This document shows, in pieces, positions 11,153-21,824 of a stretch of 64,000 nucleotides of DNA. Source of the stretch: Azolla caroliniana (Eukaryota > Plantae > Polypodiophyta). The position numbers and the translations under genes are program-made. The stretch lies in assembly GCA_043228905.1 (NCBI GenBank), contig JBHGNT010000009.1:9052001-9116000 (forward strand). The letters run 5' to 3'. Below the pieces are notes generated by a model. The model did not search any database. It was not told the DNA's origin and worked only from the letters and a program-made list of their open reading frames with translations. Within the stretch, counting starts at the first letter, position 1. The number at the start of each line of letters is the position of its first letter.

Positions 11153-14100
11153 ATGAATAGGACATTAAACCACCGCCACATGGCACGCAATGCTATTATA
11201 GTACACGACCTGCACATGCGGAGGCTCAAAAAAGGCGCCAAGATGCAGAGAGAAAAACCCCCACGCATTGAGACCTTCTCCTATCGCGAACCAAGGAGAA
11301 CAGACGCAGAGCGACGCGTGAAGATACATCGCAGAGAGCTCGCACACAGAGAACCCCCTCCCTCAGAACTTTCTCTCTCACATTCTCCCCACCATCAAAC
11401 CTCTCCGACGCTCTCCGACCTCGACGCAGAGATGGACTGCCAAACGTTGTCTGAAGCCGCCAAGAAATGGTTACGGCAGCACGGTCTGAAGGGTTTTTTA
11501 ACGATCATGGAGGCAACGCCACACAAGGAGGCCAAGAAGATTATAAAAGAAATCGACACGGAGGTGATCACGGAGGAGGCGATCCGTGCGTTAATAGGCC
11601 TTCCGGAGGGCGGTATCTACACGATTGACAATCCTACCCCCCGGCAACTCATCAAATATTTCGGTGAGTACTCTCTAGCCAGCAAGGGCTATAGGACATA
11701 GGGCGGCGAAGATATGCTATTCCGAGAAATTGCCCGTGTGCTCCACGAGTTCGGCCACGTGTACCCTCGAACCCCCGTCATGCCTCAGAACCGAGCAAGC
11801 TTGATCATCGCAACGTACAAAGGGGTCAAGGTAGATTGGCCGGTGTTGATCGCCGACGGGCTGTGTACGGCCATTGATATAGTAAGGGGAAAGGACGGCA
11901 AGGAAGGCTGAAAAATATGGCATGCAGTGACACAATGGCTCACCCTGTTGGCGCCACCGGTCGAGCCCGTCCAAACCAAGAAGCGGGGAAGAACAACGGA
12001 CAGCACCCCGAAACCTGCTTCGAAACGGCAACAACTGTTGGCTTCCAAGGCCACTAAGGGGAAGACTGCCGAAGCAGAGAAGGCGGCGAAGGAGCGCGCC
12101 AGCCGGAAGCGACCGACGGACACGCACGAGGAGACATCGGCACAGGCCTTGAAGAGCCCACTCCACCGACCGGTGCAACAGGAAACGGACACCTTGGCGA
12201 CAAGAATGAATGTCGGGACTCAGGCGGAAGAGATGGAGGAAGAACCCATGGAGCACCTCCAACGGCGGCTGGTGAAGAGCACCGCAGAATCAGCCGGGAA
12301 ACGTTCGGACCCACAGAAGGATGGAACACCCGCAACTCACGCTGAGCCACCCACGCCAAGGGAGGCACCGGAACCGGTCACAGAAGTCCCGGCACAACAG
12401 GTAGCACCGGCAAGCCCCGTCACCCAACAGCCGAAGATACAAAGGCCAACCGCCCAGCCGGCCAAGAACAAGCAGACAAGGGGCGACCAGACGAAACACA
12501 CTCAGAGCCGGAACGGCAAAGCAATCAGCTGGCAGAACCAGAAGCGCCGCTTGACGCAGAAAGGCGGGACCAGCCACCGGCAAGTGAGCCCATCAGCCAA
12601 CTCTCCATGCAAGCGCAACAACAGTGCACCGGCAGCCAATGGCTCCGGTGGATAGGAGACCAAATTGCCGGAGTAGTCGGATGCATAGAGGTTGAGGAAA
12701 GAGCGCAAACGGAACGATTTCTCGTCACAACCGATGAACTGGAGACGGCCCGGTCAAGGATCTGATGCCTGGAACAAGACTTGGATCGGATCACAGGAGA
12801 TATGGCCAAAATGGCCTTAACCGCAACGCAGGTCCAAGCACCGGTGACTCCGGTTGATGTACAGAAGAATAAGACCCCAGAGACACAAACGGTCCCGGAG
12901 AAAGAGGCGGCGCAAGCCCAAGAGCTTGTGGTATTACGAGATGAGCTAGCCGCACAAGAAGCATTACGGAGCCGCAAACGCAACTTGAAGAAGGCAGCCA
13001 AAGAAGAATTAAGAAATACTGCTGAGAACCTTCGCCGTGCAGAGGAAAACCTGCGTAAAGGACATCATGCTTACAACCGGCTGAAGGAGGAAAAAGAGAA
13101 AGTGTTGCAGGAAAAAGACAAGCTGCGACGGATGGTGGAAACGGAAATCGAGCGGCTGAAGGAAGAGCTCCAACAACAAAAGGACCGGGAGGACTGCGCG
13201 CGCCGTCAGATAAACCAAAGGCTGAAGCAGAAGACCGATGATTTCGATCCTCTGCATCGGGATTACAAGCAACTAGAGACGGAGCATCAACAACGGATGG
13301 CCGAGCTCCGGCAAGAGGTTGATAAGGCCACAACGGCACTCGCCGAAGAACGAGCGGAAAGTTCCAGGCTATTGGAGGAAGCGGCGAATGCCCGGATGGA
13401 GCTCCACAAACAGAACCATGAAGACAAGGAAAGAGCGACAATGGTACTACAGAGGTTGCAAACAACCTATCAAACTCAATTGTCGCATTATAGGGAGCAG
13501 GAGGCGGACACGGTTCGAATCATCAAGCAGTTGAAGGAAGAGTGACAAGCCGCAGAAAATAAATCACAAATGGGAGCCGAACGGATCAAGTGCATCCTCT
13601 GGTCATGGCTCACTAAAACCAAAAGCTTGATTGATGATAGCTCTGTGCGTTGGTGGGCAAAATGGGCACAGAATACCGCGGAACTACAATTGCTTAGGGT
13701 GGACGTTGAAAATCGACGAAAGGAGGGCGACGACTGTTATATGCTGACCTCGGAGGACTTCACCACCATCAGGGACGAGCTGGCGGATGAACAGTTGGTG
13801 CAGGTCCGGCAGGTCGTATCTCAACTAGACGATGATCGGCTGGAGGCTCAAATCCAGTTCGAAAGCTATGAGCGGTCCCTGCTCCGGGAAGAAAAAGCGC
13901 GAAAGGCGGCAACGGTCAACCTTAGTGATGAGGAACCGTCGCCGGTGCAAAGACTGGAGGGGGAACAGGCCAGGGTCAGTCGGCCACAGACAACTCCGAC
14001 GGAGGAACCAACGATGGAAACACCGGTGCCAGAGCCACAAATGGAGCAGCAACCACAGCCACAAACGGAACAACAGCAACAGCCACAGTAGCAACAACAG

Positions 14101-14190
14101 ATTCCCGACGAGCCATTGGAAATTTTGGAGCAAAGCATTCGGGACATTTTGGACGAAGCATAAAAGGGGCCGGATAATGGGTTCGATGTA
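11153..14190 (+). pseudogene. Decayed ~900-1000 aa extra ORF: plant-mobile-domain-like N-terminus, P/T/A/Q-rich linker, long coiled coil
   Basis: Consecutive plus-strand ORFs 11153-11701, 11714-11911, 11927-12655, 12781-13545 and 13570-14091 are separated by single stops or frameshifts. Motifs ITEEAIRALIGLPEGG and KVDW; E/K/R/Q heptad-like region. Confidence 0.7.
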
Positions 14191-14218
14191 CAAGGTACTA
14201 TCCCACGGGCGTGCCATG

Positions 14219-14670
14219 TGTTATCGGTCGGCAAAGAAAGCTAAAGGAGGTCCAAACCAGAGTGTGAAAGGAATAGTTATTTCGGAACTGTTGGAATTAG
14301 TAGTCTTAATATATACATATTAATATGTGGACGGACGGACCAGAATCGGTATGCCGATCCGGATCCGGAACGATACCGTGAAGGTGCCGGTTGGCACCGT
14401 TTTGTATTTCGCACCAGAGACCTATATAAAGGCCTGGTTACAATGTAATCAAGAGCGGATAATTAATAAAGCTTATGGTCTTAATCTTCAAGTGTTGATT
14501 ACCGTTCTGTAATTATTGTCATATCTTATGCGTGTTAATTATGGATGGCTAAGTAATCAATTAAGGTCTAATTAGGCGTTGTTCGTAAGTCATTCTGCCG
14601 TACCACCCTTTGGTGACGTGTCTTGAGTGGACACCCTATGTTAGGCTGTTGTCCGGCCCTAGCAATAACA
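14219..14670 (+). repeat. LTR (452 bp)
   Basis: TGTTAT...ATAACA termini. CTATATAAAG at ~14421 and AATAAA at ~14465 on the plus strand. The right end interrupts RT at VTDWGVYV. Confidence 0.85.
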
Positions 14671-17600
14671 ACATAGACTCCCCAGTCCGTGACAAATGTC
14701 GTCTTCTCTTGGTCATCAGGATGCATGCATACCTGGTTATACCCACTGAAGCCGTCTAAAAAACTGTACATCTCATGTCCTGGGACGGCGTCCAGTACGC
14801 TATCGGTGAATGGTAAAGGGAATGCGTCCATAATGGTTACGGCGTTTAATTTTCGGTAATCCACGCATACCCGTATTTTGCCGTTTTTCTTTGGAACGAC
14901 TACTATCGGACTTAACCATGTGGCTTGTTTAACTAGCCGTATGAATCCCGCCTTTAGGATTTTGTCAATTTCTTCTTTTACGTGGGTCGCGTAGTTCGGA
15001 TTCATGCGGTAGCGGCGCTGCTGGACGGGTTTTGCGTCGGTTGCTAAATTGATCTTATGTTAATAGAACTTGGGATCTAACCCCTTCATGTCCTTGTGAG
15101 CCCAAGCGAACACATCTTTATATTTCTTGAGTAGTGCGATCATTGTATTTCTCTGGTCTGGCCTTAATTCCTTTGCGATGGAGAGGAAACGGGGTTCTGA
15201 CTCTGTACCCACGTTTACTTCTTCCAAGGCGGAGGCGATGACTCGTCGTGAAATTTCCATTTCCCTTTCGAATGCCGCCCGTGCTCTACTGAGTTCCAAT
15301 ATGGACTCCGGGTTTGGTTCGTAAGCCTTGTCGTGGAGAATAGTGGTCGTGGCATATTCTGTTGCGGTTGCAATGATGTCGATTTCGAACAGCGAAATGA
15401 TCCGAGGGTGCTCGTCTAGGTATGCCTCTAATTCTGCATCCTCCACCCCAGCTAACATATTTATATATTCCGCGTATAGTGGTGTTATACCCTTGATTTG
15501 TGGCGTGCTTCCTTTCGTAGGTATGCGAACCTTAGTGCGTCCGTGTCGGAAACTGATACACTTGTGTTGCCAGCTCTGCTTGATATTTGCTGCCCGAAGC
15601 CACGGTCTGCCCAGAAGCACAGGGTACGCCCCTGGGGTTTCCAAGGCGAGGACGACCGCCGAGATGTCGAAGCAATGTCTGCCCACGATAATGCCTATCT
15701 TGCGAATTAACCCCAATGGTCGTACTGAGCGGGTATCTGCCATTCGGAGCCAAAATGGGCAAGCCTCCGATTCTGAAATGCCTAACTGCTCGCAAGTTTT
15801 CACGCTAATTACATTAACGCCTGAGTCACCATCGATTACGCATCCAGGAATTTCTTGTCCATGTAATATCAATGTAATAGCCGGGTTGTGGTGATCCATT
15901 ACAGGCGATCCGTCGCTAATGTCCGTAAGGTTTGTAGCGACGCTCACCCCGGGTATGCCCGTCACCCGTTCTTCCATGGTTTGGCGGAAGCGTGGGACTA
16001 GCTGCAGCAACTTCTCCATGGTTAACGTTATCTCGCAGCCCGCTAATGCCTGCCAAATAGGGTCTGGGGCCGATCATTCATCCTTCGCTCGCTCCATCGT
16101 ATTCGCGGACTGCTTCCGCATGCGCTCTGTATTGGTCGCGTTAGCTTTTTCCACCCATGCCTGGGCTTGTCGTCGTATCTCATCTTGCGCGGCCCAATCA
16201 GCCGTTTTTGTTTGCTGGCGTGTCGTGACTTGCTGCACTTCCGCCGTAATCGTATTGACGGCGGGCCCCTTGCCCTTACGTGTTGGGCATTGCGCGGCAT
16301 AATGTCCGGGCTACTGACAAACAAAACAATGGATGCTCGATTTGCCCTTCTCGGCTCCTTGTAGTGTGTGCCGATCCCCTGGTGTGACTTGCTTCTCACG
16401 ATCCGGCCTCGTTTGTCGGAACGCACGCGGTGGTTGTTGTTGGTCCCGGCGTGGTTCTTGGTGTCGCTCATCTCCCGAGCTTTCGTCATATCGCCGGTGG
16501 TCTCGATATTGCCGCGGCTTCCCACGATAATCATTGAAGCCGCCACGTTTGTTTGTCGGCCGGTGATTCTCATAGCATCGGCCCCTTTAGCATAACTCGG
16601 AGGTCCACAGTAATCCTCATCCTCTGGTTCGTCTTCCTAGGAATCGTTGTGATTCCGGCGATTCCGGTGGTGCCGGTCGTCACGTGGGTTGCGATCCACA
16701 TACCGTGGTCGGTCTTCTTGCCTCCTTTGTTTAGTACGGTGTGGGGGACGTTGTGTGTCCATGTTGCGTACTATGCGAGCAGCTCTGTTCAACATATTGT
16801 ATTCGCATTGGTCGACTGTGTGAGCCTTCGAGTGGCAGATTGGGCAGTGGATTCGCATGTTGCACTCCACTACAGAATGCCCCGAGTTCAAGCAAATCGT
16901 GCACTGGATTGCTTGAAGAAACTGTCGTTCCTCGTCCTGGGATAATGCTTGTTGTAAGGAGGACATAGAAAACCTTTCCTCCTCCTCGTCCAACTCGAGT
17001 TGTAACGCTCGTTCAATGACCATATCCGTTGTTTCCCCTTTCACGCTAGTGTTGTTGAGCATTGTCTGTATGGGTCGACGTAATGCTGCCAGAAATGTCT
17101 CTCGAGCCTCGTCCTCCGCGGGGCTCCGTTCTAGTTTCCGCCGTAAATTTTGGAAACGTAAGCTGAAGTCTGCGATCATCTCAGTCGGCAGTTGCTTAAT
17201 CGTGTAGAACTATCCGAGGATTTCGCGTTGTGGAACCCTCCGATGGAAGAACCACAAGAAGGCGGACTGCAGCTGATCGAAGGTCGTGATTGCTGGCAAA
17301 TCCATCTGCGAATGCCAAAATGCCTCTCGCCCATCCAATGTTAACCCGAACTCCGTCATTTTCGACTGGTGCGCTACCACCTCAGAAAGGCTCTACGCCA
17401 TGTGGTTCGCATTCCAAACATTGAGGAACATGCGAATATGGGTTGCGGCATCGGTTTCGCCGTTAAAACAGGGATAGGCAAAGGCCATGCTGGGGGCTAT
17501 GGCGGGTCGGGAAAGACCACAATGTTGCTGTGATGAGCGTGCTACCCGCGTATCATCGAGGTATTTGGAGAGCGAAGAATCACCTTTGTAATCACGACAT

Positions 17601-18240
17601 GTAGTACTGACGTCGCTGAGGCGAGGCTTTTGCCGTGTGTGTTCCTCTGCCTGGCGTGTGACGGACCTTATGATTGGCCAGTCATGTCGTGTTGGTTCTC
17701 TGGGGCGTCTACGGCTAAACATCCATTTGTCGTTGTTCGTCTGTGAGAAGACATAGATCACCAAGCGTGCCAAAAGTGTTACCGATTAGGAACACGGTTT
17801 GCAGTCAATCCTTCGACCTAGACCTCCAAGTGACTGTGAAACAACGAATGGTGGCGTCTGTGTGTAATACGTAGGGGAATGTTCCCCGTAACCTAGCAGT
17901 GTATAAGGGAGACAGCTACAACTGACTCCTTATCAGGGGTTACACGCTCACGTTCTTACTTCTACACTCTCAGGTATTCCAGACACACAGTAGATTAGCC
18001 GTGCTATACACAGATATCAAAGAAGATAGAATTCTATTACGATACGCTTCTTTACATTCCAAAATTACACGCTCCCTCTATTAGAGGTTTTCTGCCCTTT
18101 ATATACGCAGGGTCTTTTAGCCATTCACGCTTCCTACATGAACTGTTACATGCGTTACAATCTTATATAAACTATTTCCTATTCCTGCGCTCTTGTCCGT
18201 CGGTTACTATTCTAGCAGACAACAACAATCCTCGTCAACA
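14671..18240 (-). mobile_element. 5' part of a Tat/Ogre-like Ty3/gypsy element: LTR, PBS, gag, protease, start of RT
   Basis: LTR ~17777-18240 (outer end approximate) and PBS-like TGGCACGCTTGGTG at ~17772-17759. Gag has three Cys/His knuckles, protease reads IDGDSGVN...LLGRPWL, and RT reads WLSPIVVVPKKNGKIRVCVDYRKLN...LDGFSGYNQ. Confidence 0.9.
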
Positions 18241-18782
18241 TTACATAAACTAGAATCCTCATGATTTGTAACTACTTTATTATTTTGTAGTCTACCTAAG
18301 TTAAAAGGCTCGATCGAAAAAAGTGAATTCGAACTTTGCCCAACATCATCGTTGGACTCTCCATGGTACCGTTTATTATTTATATGGTTATATTCCTCGA
18401 TAGAGAATAACGAGTTATCAGATCATTTAAAAGGCTCAATGGAGAATAGAGAATTTTTACTCGAGGTTGAGGACGTCTCAATTAAGGCTAACTAAGCTCA
18501 ACTAAGTCAAAATAGCTCAAAATTTTCTCTTCTAAAATAATTTTTAAAAAAAACTTAATCAAAAAAATTATATAAAGGAAAGCCCTCTTCTCATTATCAT
18601 TATTGCATTCAAGAGCACAGAGCATCCCAAACCTTCTGTTTTCGCCTCCCCGGTCAACTCGAGACGACATTAGCAACATGAACAAGGAAAAGAAAATTGT
18701 CAGGTATCTTCTTTTAATTGTTTTTTAAGATTCTCTAAAAATTCCCAAAAGATTCCATTTTATTTTTGTTCATTTTTTGCAG

Positions 18783-20272
18783 CGAGAACTCGATGCAGTG
18801 CAGCGAGTTCCCGTTGAAAGCCACCCTCTTTCAATGGGAATCCTCACTTCACAGCAAAATCGGATTCGAGAAAATATTGAAAAGACTAAGCTTGTCCGTA
18901 AGGGACAACTATTTCATTTACCAATTTGTTCTATTCAAAAGCCACCAATTGACCTAGATATAGGACGATGAGCTCTAGAGATAAGAGAGCCACATTCAGT
19001 GCATGTTCAGAATTTGAAAAGCAAAATGAAGATAAATCCACATGCTACTGTAGTGCCATTCTTAGTAATGGTAGACCCAGATCAGTGCCCAACTGTAGCT
19101 GACTTCAAGTACAGTTCGGCTTATGATTACATAAACTATGAGATTGGAGGATCCCACTCTACTGAAGCCTGATGTCAACTTGTCAAAGAGTATCCTCTTA
19201 CCCCGTTCTTCAAATATGCAGAATGTAAAGTGTATCTTGGGCTTACACATGAAGAAGCCAAGTTGCTAGCTTAGGATCACAATAATGATAATGGCTATAG
19301 ACAGAAGATGTTATGTACAGAGCGTATCAAGTTCTTTCATCACGAGTACCTTGATGTTTTGCAAAAATTTGGTCCTAGGCTGCATCCTGGATTGCAACGA
19401 CATTGTCTGCTTGAAGTGGGGATAGCAGTTGACGAAAGCACAAAGTCTGAAGGCCTGAGGAAGTATGACTCATGGTTTCAACGTGCTTTCAGAACAAGGG
19501 AGGTGTGGGACCTCTAGGATCGAATTTTTAGTATGTGGGAGCGAAAAGAGATAAAGGGCCAACGATCAAAGAAGGCTAAGTTGGACCCTCAAGTGGAGAT
19601 AATGTCTAAGTCACGTAAAAGTGACTTAGTGATAAACGAATTAGCCGAGGACATGAAGTTGCATCCTTGGCGGTCATTGCAAGGGATAAAAGATGACAGA
19701 TTATTCATATTTGTTTGTATCAAGAGTGGCCACCAAGGAGTTCATCTTAGATGAAATGGTCACAGAGTTTCAAAAGTGAGTATTCTATGTGATGATTGTT
19801 TTTCATTGGATTACTTTGTTAATTTGCTCTTTATTCTAAACTTAACATGTAATGTTTTTTAACCATAAGGTTTATATGAAGATACAAGAGTTGATGATGA
19901 AAAACTTGTCCCTGCCTACGTGGGACGAAGTGGAGCGGTAGTGCCCAAAAATATCACCATACCAAGCACTTGAAGAATTTTTCATTGTATTTAGAGAATG
20001 GGTAAGTGTGTTTATATCTTCTATAGTTGATATTAAGATAATGCGCATTTTCTTATAAATCTTATAATTGCATAAACCGCCTCGCTCAAAAAAGTGGGTG
20101 ACAATAATGAAGGCATCCCAAGTGCATTCTTCACCCATTTTGAACAAGCCAAGTACGAAAAGCGAATGACGAAAGGAAAAGAGCTAGAGGTGCCCGAAGA
20201 CTTGGACATGGTAAAAAGTTTTTTGCACAAGGTTGACCCTTTCTGCCAATTGTATTATAGTGTATATAATGG
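18783..20272 (+). pseudogene. Decayed intron-containing gene with a ParB/Srx-like N-terminal domain, truncated by a copia fragment
   Basis: One frame runs 18783-~19720 through four stops: IREPHSVHVQNLKSKM..VPFLVMVD..YEIGGSHSTEA*..CKVYLGLTHEEAKLLA*DHN..KM..TERIKFF. There is a GT...TTTTGCAG intron at ~18704-18782 and further exon-like blocks at ~19870-20002 and ~20070-20272. The fold call is by motif recognition only. Confidence 0.55.
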
Positions 20273-21369
20273 TGCTCGAGGTAGCACGTGCCATGATGCA
20301 TGAGAACCACATGCCAAATTTCAATTCGGCCGAAGCGGCAGCCACGGCCGTGTATCTCATGAATCGATGCACCACCAATGGAGTGCATGAGCTAATTCCA
20401 TACGAGCTCCTCATCGAAAGGAAGCCGATCATGTCGCACCTCAAGTTGTTCGGAAGCATTGTGAATGTACGCATCCCGAACAAACAACGACAGAAGCCCA
20501 ACGTGAAGTCGGAGGAATGTATCCTCATAGGATATTTGTCCCAGAAGAAGGCATACAAGTGCTACAACCCTTCTACCTGAGCGGTTCGGGTAAGTCGAGA
20601 CGTAGTCTTCAACGAGTCCGCATCCTGGTACGCACCAGAGACAACTTCGACTCTGACTCCGCTCGACCCGGAATTCGCCGAACAAGAGGTAGAAGATGGA
20701 GATCACTTCGAACACATGTTCGAAGAAAGTCCGATTACAACAAGGCTTAGTGGGCCACAAGAGCCCCCGCGTGACCCAAGCACGTGACAACCAAGTACGA
20801 CCTTGGACAAAGGCAAAGGTAAGATGCCCAAATACGAAGTCGACCTCCCCGACGACAGTGATTCAGATGCGCCGGCTCACTCACTAGACAGTGAGTTTGG
20901 TGTACCCATCATGCGAACACCCGGAGTAAAGAAGGCGCTCACATTGGCGAACGAAAAACTTCAACGCTCATCTAGAGCTAAGAACCCCGTCACTCGGCTC
21001 AGCTACAACGAGTATATGGCCCATCACTATGCCTTCACGATGAAGGTAGCAGCCAAACAAGAGCCCAAGAGCTCCACCGAAGCAGCTCGTAACCCACGAT
21101 GGGTGGAACCGAGATTGTCTCGGAAAGGCCGAAGAAAGCCAAAGGTCGGACGGGAAGCCGACAAAAGCCAACACGGATGTCAAACGCCTCACACTTGAGC
21201 TTGAGGGGGCGTGTTAAGAGATCAAGCTCAACTTAGTTTAGTTATTTCGTCAACCATGTAACTTCACAGTAACTTAGACAGAATCTAGTTAGGAGTGTTG
21301 ACTATAACGCCTTAAATAGGACCTTGTACTTAAGTGGGATATTCTAGATCCTCCACTCCTAAGTACATT

Positions 21370-21824
21370 TATTATAGATCATAGTACTAATGTAAGCTTA
21401 AGATAAGGATAATGAAAAGATAGATAGAAAGGAGAAAGAGAAAGAAGGGTGCCGATCCACCCGACCACCCCCGAGCGAAGGGATCGAGACGGACTCGAGC
21501 CTCGATCGGCGTCCCATACCACCGCCGTGGCGTCGAGTCGTACCTGGTGCTGGCGCGCTCGCTACAAGAGTTGACCCACCACACGAGCAGAGTCTCGATG
21601 TAGTCCAAAGATCCTCAAATGAGGGTAGCTAGGCCTCTTATTTATAGCGAAACCCAAGGCCCCCAGGCAAGTTCACACTTGACCTAATGGGTTGTCTCAA
21701 TCCCGAGGATTAAAAGTAATCCTCCCCTTCTTTACACTCTCATTTAACCCTCACACTTATCCACGTGTATAGAATACTACGGTAAATTCTTACCACGGGA
21801 TATTATATGGTCATGCCCGTAACA
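21370..21824 (-). repeat. 3' LTR of chromovirus (455 bp)
   Basis: Identical to 27933-28231 apart from an extra 156 bp (21468-21623). Confidence 0.97.

Larger units (their letters stand above)
10286..14670 (+). mobile_element. 3' part of a Tat/Ogre-like Ty3/gypsy element: integrase C-half, large extra ORF, LTR
   Basis: RTNKTLQNILRKIV..DWDTKLHSALWAYRT..TPFRL..LEAVMP..RWTGPY..VNGFRLKPY (integrase with GPY/F), then a decayed extra ORF, then the LTR at 14219-14670, which abuts the RT of the neighbouring element. Confidence 0.85.

Noticed and set aside
14179-14216. Genuine tRNA gene or tRNA-derived SINE
   Set aside because: Only the T-arm and acceptor 3' side with encoded CCA are present. No 5' acceptor strand, anticodon arm or SINE tail/TSD is recognisable.
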